Below are positions 49,873 to 60,090 of a DNA stretch of 64,000 nucleotides, piece after piece. This stretch comes from Bacteroidota bacterium. GTDB taxonomy: Bacteria > Bacteroidota > Bacteroidia > AKYH767-A > JAHEYN01. A program made the position numbers and the translations under genes. Within the stretch, counting starts at the first letter, position 1; each line of letters starts with the position of its first letter. The notes beneath the pieces were generated by a model. The model saw only the letters and a program-made list of their open reading frames with translations, did no database searches and had not been told where the DNA came from. The stretch spans positions 11,535-75,534 of the forward strand of contig JAHEYN010000008.1 of the NCBI GenBank assembly GCA_023251555.1. Reading direction: 5' to 3'.

Positions 49873-51792
49873 TTAATGGACAACAGCAACTTTCCTGAAT
49901 GTACTGAAGCCTGACGCCTTATCTTCTATCTTCAGGAAATACAGGCCGGCAGGAAGATTTCTTACATCCATAACAGCATTGCCCTTTGCATTGTATGATA
50001 ATACCAGGTTTCCTGCCAGATCATACAATCCGCTGCTGTACCTGTGTGCCGGAAACTCACCCGGCCCTGCATCTATCCTGATATAATCGCCAGAAGGGTT
50101 TGGAGACACCAGTATACTCCCGGAAGTTTCTTCCCTGGGAGACAAAAGCCCTGCATTCACATCCGGTGGCAGAGGCTCCCCGAAAACAGGACGTATCATC
50201 CACGATCCGGTTATGAGAGAATTATACCATACCCCCGCAATGTTATAAAACATATTGCCGGTAGAATTGGTGTTCCTGTCCAGTCCAATGTTCAGAAGGT
50301 CTTTTGTATTCTGAATCCAGCCTACATAGAATGGAGCTGTGATATACAAAGGTGTGTTAAACCTGTAAAAATAAAACCCGTTAAGGCTGTCGCGGTAATG
50401 CGGCCTCACCATGTCGCCGTCGAGGCTGTCCTGCTGGTAAATAATACTCCCGGGCTGCCCGCCGGCATCATTCCACACCACAAGTTTAAATGTGCGGTAA
50501 TAAACATTCACAAGCATCCTGTTGAAATACATATAAACCCCGCGGAGAGTGTCGGATTTCGCAGGACTGAAACGGTAAGCGATCATTCCTCCGATCACAT
50601 TCAGGCCGTACCCGTTCTCTGCAGTACCGTCATCATAGGCATAATAATCATAAAACTCCTGCCGGAACCGGACGGTATCATTCCATTTGTTGCTGGCGGG
50701 ATTGGAATTATCCCTGAGAACGTGCCTTATTTCAAAGTAAGCACTGTCAAGGGTATCAGCCGGGAAAACATAACTCACAGGAGGCGTTGCATGGGCGGGA
50801 TATTTATGATACCCGCTTGAATAGAAAGGTTCAATATTTTCCCCGCCGCCGTTATATGAATGAATATTGGCTCCGTTCACATCAAAAATATCAAATGCAT
50901 AACTAATGTTTTTGAGTGTATCACTCAGGTTGGAAATATAATTCCTGAGTGTATCTTTCATCTGTGCAGGGGGATTCTGCACAAAATGCCTCCATGGCAT
51001 CTGCCGGAAATTTTTGAGAAGCGGGCCGGTCTGGTAGGCAAAAGCAATATCATCCACAAGCGTATCATCAAAACTTCTGAGCCGGTCGAGGCGTACGTAA
51101 TCAACATTCCACTGGTCAACATTCCCGGAGATGGTAGCATAATTTTTAAACCTGAACTGGAAGCCTTTATAGAAGAGCGTACTGTCAGTTATGGGAATCA
51201 TGACTTCAGTAAATGACGAATCTGGTCCGACAGCCTTGCCCGGAATACTCCATATGTGCGTCCAGGCAGTGTCATTCACCCTGAACTCCAGCACAAGGGA
51301 GTCATCAGGGTCAGGAGCATTCCCTCTTCCCTGGGGCTGGTAAAAAAAGCTGAGGTAAACAGAGTCGGCGGGAGTCATTTTATTTCCCCCGAACGAATCC
51401 AGGCGAAGCGGCCTGGAGGTAAGATAATCAGCCACACCGTACGCATACACATTGGAAGAATCATAAGGCTGCCCAAGAGAATCAACCCCATCAAAGGTCG
51501 CCACACCGATAGTGGGAGGATGAACAGGATAATCTGTATTTATAAATACGCTGGTTCCCAGCCAGTAAGCGGTATCAGGATAAATACCTTCTTTTGAGAA
51601 ATCATCAGCAAGAGGAAGGGAGATAGTGTCTGTCACCCACGACTGCATTTTGTTCCAGCTGGCATTCTGCAGATTTTTGATGCCTATTGCCCGGTTAAAT
51701 CCGGCAGGAGACAATACTTCCTGGGCAAACAGGAATTGTCCGGCAGGAAAAAGCAGCAACAACAGATAGTATATTTTTTTATTCTTTCTCAC
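49873..51792 (-). CDS. secreted hypothetical protein with T9SS C-terminal sorting domain
   Basis: Signal peptide MRKNKKIYYLLLLLFPAGQFLFAQ. C-terminus ...NLPAGLYFLKIEDKASGFSTFRKVAVVH is CTD-like. 639 aa. Confidence 0.6.
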   Translation of the reverse strand: MRKNKKIYYLLLLLFPAGQFLFAQEVLSPAGFNRAIGIKNLQNASWNKMQSWVTDTISLPLADDFSKEGIYPDTAYWLGTSVFINTDYPVHPPTIGVATFDGVDSLGQPYDSSNVYAYGVADYLTSRPLRLDSFGGNKMTPADSVYLSFFYQPQGRGNAPDPDDSLVLEFRVNDTAWTHIWSIPGKAVGPDSSFTEVMIPITDSTLFYKGFQFRFKNYATISGNVDQWNVDYVRLDRLRSFDDTLVDDIAFAYQTGPLLKNFRQMPWRHFVQNPPAQMKDTLRNYISNLSDTLKNISYAFDIFDVNGANIHSYNGGGENIEPFYSSGYHKYPAHATPPVSYVFPADTLDSAYFEIRHVLRDNSNPASNKWNDTVRFRQEFYDYYAYDDGTAENGYGLNVIGGMIAYRFSPAKSDTLRGVYMYFNRMLVNVYYRTFKLVVWNDAGGQPGSIIYQQDSLDGDMVRPHYRDSLNGFYFYRFNTPLYITAPFYVGWIQNTKDLLNIGLDRNTNSTGNMFYNIAGVWYNSLITGSWMIRPVFGEPLPPDVNAGLLSPREETSGSILVSPNPSGDYIRIDAGPGEFPAHRYSSGLYDLAGNLVLSYNAKGNAVMDVRNLPAGLYFLKIEDKASGFSTFRKVAVVH

Positions 51793-52554
51793 TTATTTTT
51801 TTGATTGTGTAAGAAATAAGTCCACGGATTCCCCCTGGTTCAGAAGATTCTTCTTAGAAGGGGGAGGTATTTGTTTCCATACGACGGCTGAGGCCGTGTC
51901 CTTCACGGTTTCGTCTGCAATTACTGCTCCTTTGTTAAGTGAGGCTGACTTCAGCAGGGAAAGGGCTTCTTCATAGGTGAGGTTAACAAGTTCAGGCACC
52001 TCCACCTGTGTATCCCCAAGGCCGCTGCCAAGAATGAGGTCAATCACCGCCCCTTTGGGAATTTCCGCACCCGGTTTAATTTCACGGCCACGGTAAACCT
52101 GCTTCAGTACTGCGTTTTTTGCCATATCCGGTTTGTATACGAGCCCCCCAACCTTAAGCCCGTATGTCTGCAGGACAGCTGCAGCCTGACGATAGGAAAC
52201 ATCCACCAGGTTAGGCATCTTAACCTGGGGAGGAAGCATGGCATTTACAGTAAGGTAAATAGTGCGGTTTTCTTTGACTTTTGAACCTGCATCAGGAGAC
52301 TGCTCCACGACGGTACCCTTAAGCTTCAGGGCGCTATATACCGAATCTATAACCTCGAAACGCAGCTGCCGCCCCCCGAGGAAGTCCTTCACCCTTGCAG
52401 GTGTCATCCCCGTAAGGTCAGGAACAGTGATGGTTTGCCCGTGATGTGTATAACTGTCGAGCCACTTATATATATAAGCAAAAGATCCTGCGAACAGCAA
52501 CACAGCCACCAGCAGGTTGATCCAAAAAATTCTGCTTTTAAAAAATTCCATCAT
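51793..52554 (-). CDS. PASTA-domain membrane-anchored protein
   Basis: N-terminal TM helix, then three PASTA-like repeats of about 65 aa (VPDLTGMT..., MPNLVDVS..., VPELVNLT...). Confidence 0.75.
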   Translation of the reverse strand: MMEFFKSRIFWINLLVAVLLFAGSFAYIYKWLDSYTHHGQTITVPDLTGMTPARVKDFLGGRQLRFEVIDSVYSALKLKGTVVEQSPDAGSKVKENRTIYLTVNAMLPPQVKMPNLVDVSYRQAAAVLQTYGLKVGGLVYKPDMAKNAVLKQVYRGREIKPGAEIPKGAVIDLILGSGLGDTQVEVPELVNLTYEEALSLLKSASLNKGAVIADETVKDTASAVVWKQIPPPSKKNLLNQGESVDLFLTQSKK

Positions 52555-52555
52555 A

Positions 52556-55297
52556 TCATTTTCCTTTTACCATTTTCCTCCGCATAAATCCATATTCGAG
52601 TATGCAGTCAATAAACTCATAAGGCTTGTAACCGCTGAGAGCACACTGGTGGAAAATACACGTGGCAGGTGTCATCCCGGGCAAAGAGTTTACTTCCACA
52701 AAAACAACTTCCACCTTCCTGGTGTTATATATCCTGACAAATGCGTCTATCCTCGCATAACCTTCAATGTGGAGGGTTTGTGCGGCACGCTTCAGTTCCT
52801 CCCTTACCCTGCCGGAAATTTCAAGGTTTTCTTTTTTGTCTTTCGCATAGCGTGCCGGGGTAATGTTCTGTCCTTCGCCCGCAAGAAATTTCTCCTCAAG
52901 GGAAAGTACATCTCCGCCTGAAAGGGCTTCTGATGGCTCAAAGATCTCATACTCAACCTTTCCGCCCGGTTTCATGCGGGTAAGCAATCCCCCGGTAATC
53001 TCCAGGAACCGGGAAGCACCCGAGGCGGTTATCAGCTCTTCTACCATATACCTGTCTTTCCGGGGAAATTCTTCATTCTGCTTAAGACCTAATGCTGCTG
53101 CATGTTTTCCGTCAGGAGCGCTGCCCCTGCGGAAAATGAGTTCTGAATAAGCGCGCAACTCCTCTGTATTATTGATCCTTTTTACAGCCGAGCTGCACCC
53201 GTCATCAAGGGGTTTGGCAATAAAAGGGAACGCAAAAGACCGGCTGATATTTTTCACAGTCTGTTGTTTATCCTTATGCCACTCCTGTTCACTGACAATC
53301 ATGTGGTTTGCTACCATAAAACCTTTTGCCCTGAGTATTTCATTGGTTTCATACTTGTTGATGGTAACAGCAGAGGCGGCAGGCCCTGAACCATTATAGG
53401 CCATGCCGGTTTTTTCAAGACTGGACTGTACAACGCCATCCTCTCCCGGGCGGCCATGAAGGGCTACAAAAGCTCCGTCTGCCATCTTTGCCAACCCGCT
53501 GTATGAGATTTTCCTCGGGGCAAGGAGGTTGGATGCAGAAGCATACTTTCCTGTTATCCCCGCACATTCCTTTATAGTTTTTTTGACAACGGGATGAATA
53601 CGGAAGCTGTTTATCTTATCGCGGATATCATCAGCATTATCCTTCAGCAGGATATTCACCGGGATTGTGTACAGCTCATGGCCTGCTTTATTTCCCATAA
53701 CATATACGGGAACAGGTTCATATTTGTCAGAGGAAGAAAGTTTCTCGTAAACATTCCGGCCGCTTTCCACGGAGATATGGCGCTCGGAAGAATAACCTCC
53801 GAGAAGCACTGCTATTTTACGCCTTCCTGAATTTCCTGTACGGAGCTTCTCTATGCCTTCGTCCAGCCTGCGGAGCAAAGAAGGGAGCTCAGCGTAATTT
53901 TTAAAATCAGAAATGCGTTCGGCAAGGGAGGAACGTATGATAAATGTAAGAAACTGTGAAGGGTTAAGCCCGATCTCAGCAGCCTGGTGAAAGAAAAAGG
54001 AAGAAGGCATCATCCCGGATGTGGTATTGGGATCATTGAGGTAAACTTTTCCGGCCCGCGAGATAAACCCATCTATCCGGGCATATACATTAAAGTTAAA
54101 ATGTTCAAACAGGTGGCAGCACTCACTGCGTATCTTTTCTATCCCGGCCAACGAAAGACTGATAGGCGTTACCTTGCGTGCAAGGCCTGGAAGGTATTTG
54201 GACCGATAATCAAAAAATTTACCTCCTTTCAGGATTTCCGTGGGAGGAAGAGCGACAGGAACACCCTTATCCCCTTGGATGACTATACATGAAAATTCCC
54301 TGCCTTCAATGAAACTTTCTATTAGGACTTCACTTTCCCCTTCGGCCGCAGACACAAGCATACCGGAGTGTGATTTTGAAAAATGAGAAGTAAGATATTT
54401 TAACAATTCTTCCGGGTGAAATATTCTTTCCCCATCTTCTCCTCCATGAAGCGTACAAACAACGGGGGTGCCAATCCCGTTACGGATATCGACAAGATCT
54501 CTCAGCAGTTCTACCTGACCCCGGCGGTTCGCAGCTTCCCATTGCCTGCGGGTGATAAAGCGAATAAAGAATGCCCGGTTAACAGCTTCGCAAAACTGAT
54601 CATAATCCGCAGCTTCCAGCACACTGACCCCCACAGAGGATCCCTGGTTAGCAGGCTTGACAACACAATGCCTGCGCAAACGCCGGTCGTTCGTGAAAAG
54701 ATTAAATTGCCTGCGCGGATTTTCCATCCATTCTTTCCGCCGGATTATTCTGAAAGAAGGTATCTCAAAACCTGCGTCAGCCATAAGTTTTTTCTGTACT
54801 GCCTTATTCATCCCGAAAGCCGAAGGTGCAATTCCCGACCCGGAATACGGTATCCCGAAGTACTCCAGCAATCCCTGTATGCGCCCATCCTCCCCGGAGG
54901 TTCCGTGAAGGCAGAGAAAAGCAAAATCAATCAAAGACTTCAATGCAGAAGGTTCTGTTTTTTTACCGAGAGAAGCAATTAAGTCAGACTGCCGGGAATC
55001 CGGAAGATTGCCAAGACTCTCGGCATAAACCTGAAACCCAGAGGGGGAAGGGGGAACAAACTCAACGGGGGGATAAAAATCACGGATACTTCCTTTATAT
55101 ATGTATTGCCAGTCAAGAAGAATAAAATTCCCAAAGGAGTCAACAAAGAGCGGGACAGGTTCGAATAGGTTTTTATTGAGATTGTCGTAAACAGTCCGCC
55201 CTCCGGCAAAAGAGATTTCCCGCTCCTTCGATGAGCCCCCGAAAATAATCCCGACTTTGATTTTCATACCCCGCAAAAGTAAATAATTTTGACTCAA
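52556..55297 (-). CDS. ddl: tandem-fused double D-alanine--D-alanine ligase (two complete Ddl ATP-grasp units in one 913-aa polypeptide)
   Basis: Unit 1: KIKVGIIFGGSSKEREIS...LHGTSGEDGRIQGLLEYFGIPYSGSG...YARIDGF. Unit 2: RKIAVLLGGYSSERHISVESG...LHGRPGEDGVVQSSLEKTGMAYNGSG...YARIDAFV. Both carry the full N-, central and C-domain motif sets. Confidence 0.8.
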   Translation of the reverse strand: MSQNYLLLRGMKIKVGIIFGGSSKEREISFAGGRTVYDNLNKNLFEPVPLFVDSFGNFILLDWQYIYKGSIRDFYPPVEFVPPSPSGFQVYAESLGNLPDSRQSDLIASLGKKTEPSALKSLIDFAFLCLHGTSGEDGRIQGLLEYFGIPYSGSGIAPSAFGMNKAVQKKLMADAGFEIPSFRIIRRKEWMENPRRQFNLFTNDRRLRRHCVVKPANQGSSVGVSVLEAADYDQFCEAVNRAFFIRFITRRQWEAANRRGQVELLRDLVDIRNGIGTPVVCTLHGGEDGERIFHPEELLKYLTSHFSKSHSGMLVSAAEGESEVLIESFIEGREFSCIVIQGDKGVPVALPPTEILKGGKFFDYRSKYLPGLARKVTPISLSLAGIEKIRSECCHLFEHFNFNVYARIDGFISRAGKVYLNDPNTTSGMMPSSFFFHQAAEIGLNPSQFLTFIIRSSLAERISDFKNYAELPSLLRRLDEGIEKLRTGNSGRRKIAVLLGGYSSERHISVESGRNVYEKLSSSDKYEPVPVYVMGNKAGHELYTIPVNILLKDNADDIRDKINSFRIHPVVKKTIKECAGITGKYASASNLLAPRKISYSGLAKMADGAFVALHGRPGEDGVVQSSLEKTGMAYNGSGPAASAVTINKYETNEILRAKGFMVANHMIVSEQEWHKDKQQTVKNISRSFAFPFIAKPLDDGCSSAVKRINNTEELRAYSELIFRRGSAPDGKHAAALGLKQNEEFPRKDRYMVEELITASGASRFLEITGGLLTRMKPGGKVEYEIFEPSEALSGGDVLSLEEKFLAGEGQNITPARYAKDKKENLEISGRVREELKRAAQTLHIEGYARIDAFVRIYNTRKVEVVFVEVNSLPGMTPATCIFHQCALSGYKPYEFIDCILEYGFMRRKMVKGK

Positions 55298-55878
55298 GGA
55301 CGGGCATGCAGATTCAAACAGGAGGATAAAGCAGTGAGTGCCCTGAAACGATGACTGATACTGTTTTTCTGTGCCGGTGCCATTTCCGCAAAAGTGCAGG
55401 TATATCCATCCGGCTGAAAAATGCTGTCGTATCCAAAGCCCTCTCCCCCTTTTGGAGCTTTCACAATAATTCCGCCCACAGATCCCTCGAAAAAGCGAGT
55501 GCTCCCCCCTGTGACAAGTGCTATTATTGTGCGAAACACCGCTTTCCTGTTTCTCTTTTCCCGCATTTCATAAAGAAGCTTCCTTATATTGGCCTGTGCA
55601 TCGGCCTCCGGGCCCGCATACCTTGCGGAATAAACCCCGGGAGCTCCGTTCAGAGCTTCCACCTCAAGGCCTGTATCATCTGAAAAGCAATCAACATTGT
55701 ATTTATTATGGAGGTACTTCGCTTTTTCCATTGCGTTTTCCCGAAGCGTAATCCCATTTTCCGGAAGCACATCCATACAACCAATATCACGAAGGGATAG
55801 CACTCTTATTTCCCTCCCAAGTATCTCCTCTGCCTCCCTGAGCTTATATGCATTATTCGTGGCAAAAACCAATTCCAT
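55294..55878 (-). CDS. rdgB: non-canonical purine NTP pyrophosphatase (RdgB/HAM1)
   Basis: MELVFATNNAYKLREAEEIL start, FAEM motif. 194 aa. 4-nt overlap with the ddl start. Confidence 0.9.
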   Translation of the reverse strand: MELVFATNNAYKLREAEEILGREIRVLSLRDIGCMDVLPENGITLRENAMEKAKYLHNKYNVDCFSDDTGLEVEALNGAPGVYSARYAGPEADAQANIRKLLYEMREKRNRKAVFRTIIALVTGGSTRFFEGSVGGIIVKAPKGGEGFGYDSIFQPDGYTCTFAEMAPAQKNSISHRFRALTALSSCLNLHARP

Positions 55879-55929
55879 CGCTGTAATTTATATTTTATTA
55901 TCTTTGTAAACCTGACCTTATTCTACGTT

Positions 55930-58900
55930 ATGCAGAATACAAAAGTGCAAAAAATACTGACGGGAACCCTCCTTCTTTTCATGGCGGCTGATGCATACAG
56001 CCAGTGTCCAAACGCAAATTTTACCAAACCGTCCGGGGCTTTCTGCGCAGGGCAGAATCTCAACCTTACCAACACATCCTCCGGAGCCACTCATTACGAG
56101 TGGGATTTCTGCGCCGGGGATTTCAGCGCTGCACCAAAAGATACTTCATTTGGAAGTTTTTCGGCACAAATGACCAATCCTATTTCCCTGTCGCTGTATA
56201 AGGACGGAAACCAGTGGTTCGGATGCTCTTCCAATGCGGGAGATAAATCTGTCACATTGCTCGACTTTGGCAACACTCCCGGCAACACTCCTACCGTCAT
56301 TAATTTTTTTAACCCTGCAGTCTCCTCCGTGGAATGTAACATGATCCTCTACAAAGAAGCGGGGAACTGGTATGGCCTTATCCCGGAGAGGCAGAGCGGA
56401 AACCTGTTCAGGTTCGACTTTGGAAATTCTTTAAGTAACTCCCCTACTGCAAACAACGTTTTGGGCGGGCTCTCAAAAATCTATTATCATGATTTGGCCG
56501 TTGATAGCGGAAATGTCTGTTTGGTGATGCTGAGTGATGTTTCAAAACAAGTACAGGTGGTAAGTTTCGGAAATTCCATTCTGAACAGCCCTACCCTTGT
56601 TTCAACCATCCCTGTTGGACCAACCACAGGCGGTATTTATGGAATTAAAGCTGTAAAAGCATGTGACTCCTGGTATGCTTTTGCTCCTGATTTCGGAGAT
56701 AATTATGCTACCACAAACAGTTTTATTTTCCGGTTAAAGTTCGGGACCTCGCTCAGTAACCCCTCCCCTCAGATAGACACAATACACACATCCTTCATCA
56801 ATGGCTCCATCGGGATAGATATCGGTTATGACGGCAAGGGGTGGAATGCCTTCGTACCGAGTTATTATGGCAGGTCTCTTACCAGGCTTGACTTTGGAAA
56901 CTCTCTTGATAATGCTCCCGCAGCATATGATCTGGGCCATTTGGGTTTTGGGGCACGGGACTTTGTTTCACTGGCCTTTTCGAACTCGGATTATTATGTT
57001 TTTATGCCTTACTATGAAAACAGCGGCTTTTCCAGAATTAAATTTTCTCAGTGCAACGATTTGAATGAAGCTATTGATACAGTGACTTCCCCCTCCGGAG
57101 TACAGTATGCAGACGGTGGCTGGCACAACATATTGCTGCGTGCTTATGATGATTACGGTAACGTAGGATTTAAGTTAGACAGCATCAATGTTGTTGAATC
57201 CCCGGGCACAGACTACACAAACTCCAACACCTTTTGCCTTGGGGAAAGTATTACGTTTTCTGATGCAAGCAAATTTGTTTCAAGCGCTATCCTTACCTGG
57301 CAATGGGACTTCGGCGACGGCTCCCCTCCCGATAACTCACAGAACCCCCCGGCACACACATACGCAGACACAGGCCTTTACAATGTGTCCCTCACTGCAG
57401 CCAACGTGGATGGGTGCAGTAAAACTATAGTGAAAACTATAGGTGTGTACAAAGTGCCGGATGCGGATTTTACCTATACCAATAACACCTGTGCCGGGTC
57501 TGACGTGGTGTTTACCGATTTATCCAGCGTAGCCGGCAGCAACATCGTTTCATGGCAATGGGATTTTGGCGACGGGCAAACGTCCTCTCTCCAAAGCCCC
57601 ACACATGCCTATGCTTCCGGAAATACCACTTACAACGTGATTCTTACCGTGCAGACAGACCATGGATGCTCCGCTGTAAGCACAACCAAGATTGTAAATA
57701 TCCTCCCGACACCCGTTGTGGGATTTAAACTTCAGAATACCTGCGCCGGCGGAACAGTGCAGTTTACAGACACATCTTCAATTCCTTCTCCTTATACCAT
57801 AACCGCCTATTCCTGGGATTTCGGCGACGGGTCGCCCATAGATAATTCGCAAAACCCATCCCACCAGTTTCCTGCTGTAGCCGGAACTTACAATGTGGTT
57901 TTTAAAATTACCGCAAGCGATGGTTGTACCGACAGCGCCACCATACCTGTTACCATCACCGATCCTCCCCTGGTTGACTTTTCCTTCCCGGGAACCGTAT
58001 GCGACAGGAGTCCCATGCTTTTTACAGATGAATCTTCCGGTTCAGGCAACCTTTATGCATGGAACTGGGACTTCGGAGATCCCGCCAGCGGAAGCGCCAA
58101 CACTTCGACTGACCAGCAACCTTATCACACCTTCACAGGCGCCGGTACTTATAATGTCACCCTTAATGTAACTATGGAAACCGACTGCCAGGGGAGCCTC
58201 ACCCTCCCCGTAACAGTGATACAGGGTCCTACTGCAATCATAAAAACTTCCTCTGTTTGCCAAGGAACAGTATCTTATTTCTATTCCGACTCAAGCCTTA
58301 CTCCGGGAGGAACATCCATTGTCGGGTATTTATGGGACTTCGGGGATGGGACAGGAACCTCCTCCGCAAAAAATCCAACCTACCTGTATGCCTCTCAGGG
58401 TGGATATAACGTAAAATTAACTGTCACAAATAACCAGGGCTGCTCGCATGACACCACTCTTCTTTACCTGGTGCACCCCATGCCTCATGCATCCTACACT
58501 TACAATGCACCTTTGTGCGACAAACAAACTGAACAGTTTACCGGAGCTTCTGACTATCCCTACATCATTAAGTGGGCATGGAATTTTGGTGATCCGGCAA
58601 GCGGGACCAACAACACTTCATCTCTGCAAAATCCATCGCATAAATTCACAGGAGGCCCCGGAAATTATGTGGTTTCACTTACAATCACATCGCTTGACTC
58701 CTGTGTAAATACCTACAGCAGTTCCTTAACAGTCTATGGCTCCCCCACACCCGATTTCAATGTCTCGAAAGCCTGCGACGGGCAGCTTGTTTATTTCGAC
58801 TGCAAACAGATTGGCCTCTGGTCATGGAACTTCGGTGATCCCGCCTCCGGTGCATCCAACTTCTCGGCACTCCAGCTGCCCTATCATAAATTTACAAAAG

Positions 58901-60060
58901 CCGGTACTTACCTGGTATCTCTCTCGCTCTCCAATGCCGACGGCTGTGATTCGACAATTGTGAAACAGGTTTCGGTAGACCCCGTCCCCGTTGCGTATTT
59001 CACCGATACCGCCGTCTGCCTGAATGTACCGCATGTCTTTACCGACAAAAGCTCTGTCTCTTCCGGATTTATCTCGGACTGGGTATGGGACTTCGGCAAC
59101 GGGAATACCTCTACCCAGCAGAATCCTCTGTTTACTTTCGCTGATACACTTGTGCATAATGTAAAATTAACCGTTACAAGCTTTGTGGGATGCTCTTCCT
59201 CCATTACAATGAAAGTTAAAGCTTATGAGATCCCTCTCGCCAACTTCACATTCACCCCGCCTTCAGGACCCTCAAGGACAGTAACCTTCACAAATAAATC
59301 AACCGGATCGGTGGCATACTCCTGGGACTTCGGCGATGGCTCCCAGAGTAACTCCATACACCCCCAGCACTCATACAGTCAGGAAGGCGATTATACCGTC
59401 TGCCTTACAGCTATTGGGCCTGTCCCGGGTAAGTGTACAGACACAGTGTGCAAGTTTATACAGGTCAGGCCTCCCTTGCTGGATGCCGCAGTCACGCAGG
59501 TAACCAGTTCCATGAACAACAATAACAACACGCTTGCTGTCAGCGCCATTATCGCCAACAACGGGACGCTGGAAATAACAAACTGTGAAGTTTATGCCGA
59601 ACTCAGTGATGGTTCTTCCCTGACAGAATATATAACCATCCCCATCCCAAGCCCCGGAAACCTTAGCTACAACTTTAATGCATCCTTCGAAATCAACCCG
59701 AACAAAAATTATGATTACGTATGCGTGACAGTTAAAAACCCCAATAACAAAGGTCTCGATGACCTCCCTCTGAATGATGAGGAGTGCAAGCCCCTTTCTT
59801 CGGATTTCAGCGTGCTGGAACCCTATCCCAATCCATCAAAAGGAGAAGTGCTGATACAATATGTCCTCCCTTCAAAAGATAATGTATCCCTCATTTTATA
59901 TGACCAGATCGGACGAAAGGCAATGATAGTGTATGAGGGTACCGGTGCCAAAGGGCTCAACCAGATTACATTCAACGCAGAAAATCTCGATGCGGCCTCC
60001 TACGAACTGAGGGTTACCTTCAAGAACAAATTTATCGTTAAGCGCCTCTATAAAAACTAA
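55930..60060 (+). CDS. 1376-aa T9SS cargo with N-terminal 5x internal repeat region and about nine PKD domains
   Basis: Repeated WDFGDGS/WNFGDP PKD signatures spaced about 85 aa apart. C-terminal ...LEPYPNPSKGEVLIQY...YELRVTF... Por CTD. Confidence 0.75.
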   Translation: MQNTKVQKILTGTLLLFMAADAYSQCPNANFTKPSGAFCAGQNLNLTNTSSGATHYEWDFCAGDFSAAPKDTSFGSFSAQMTNPISLSLYKDGNQWFGCSSNAGDKSVTLLDFGNTPGNTPTVINFFNPAVSSVECNMILYKEAGNWYGLIPERQSGNLFRFDFGNSLSNSPTANNVLGGLSKIYYHDLAVDSGNVCLVMLSDVSKQVQVVSFGNSILNSPTLVSTIPVGPTTGGIYGIKAVKACDSWYAFAPDFGDNYATTNSFIFRLKFGTSLSNPSPQIDTIHTSFINGSIGIDIGYDGKGWNAFVPSYYGRSLTRLDFGNSLDNAPAAYDLGHLGFGARDFVSLAFSNSDYYVFMPYYENSGFSRIKFSQCNDLNEAIDTVTSPSGVQYADGGWHNILLRAYDDYGNVGFKLDSINVVESPGTDYTNSNTFCLGESITFSDASKFVSSAILTWQWDFGDGSPPDNSQNPPAHTYADTGLYNVSLTAANVDGCSKTIVKTIGVYKVPDADFTYTNNTCAGSDVVFTDLSSVAGSNIVSWQWDFGDGQTSSLQSPTHAYASGNTTYNVILTVQTDHGCSAVSTTKIVNILPTPVVGFKLQNTCAGGTVQFTDTSSIPSPYTITAYSWDFGDGSPIDNSQNPSHQFPAVAGTYNVVFKITASDGCTDSATIPVTITDPPLVDFSFPGTVCDRSPMLFTDESSGSGNLYAWNWDFGDPASGSANTSTDQQPYHTFTGAGTYNVTLNVTMETDCQGSLTLPVTVIQGPTAIIKTSSVCQGTVSYFYSDSSLTPGGTSIVGYLWDFGDGTGTSSAKNPTYLYASQGGYNVKLTVTNNQGCSHDTTLLYLVHPMPHASYTYNAPLCDKQTEQFTGASDYPYIIKWAWNFGDPASGTNNTSSLQNPSHKFTGGPGNYVVSLTITSLDSCVNTYSSSLTVYGSPTPDFNVSKACDGQLVYFDCKQIGLWSWNFGDPASGASNFSALQLPYHKFTKAGTYLVSLSLSNADGCDSTIVKQVSVDPVPVAYFTDTAVCLNVPHVFTDKSSVSSGFISDWVWDFGNGNTSTQQNPLFTFADTLVHNVKLTVTSFVGCSSSITMKVKAYEIPLANFTFTPPSGPSRTVTFTNKSTGSVAYSWDFGDGSQSNSIHPQHSYSQEGDYTVCLTAIGPVPGKCTDTVCKFIQVRPPLLDAAVTQVTSSMNNNNNTLAVSAIIANNGTLEITNCEVYAELSDGSSLTEYITIPIPSPGNLSYNFNASFEINPNKNYDYVCVTVKNPNNKGLDDLPLNDEECKPLSSDFSVLEPYPNPSKGEVLIQYVLPSKDNVSLILYDQIGRKAMIVYEGTGAKGLNQITFNAENLDAASYELRVTFKNKFIVKRLYKN

Positions 60061-60090
60061 CGGCTTTTCCCCGGCTGCCGGGAAACTTTT

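Noticed and set aside
50044-51597. + strand ORFs of 258, 118 and 113 aa antisense to the 639-aa T9SS gene
   Set aside because: Shadow ORFs. They have no signal peptides or motifs, and the real gene occupies the other strand.
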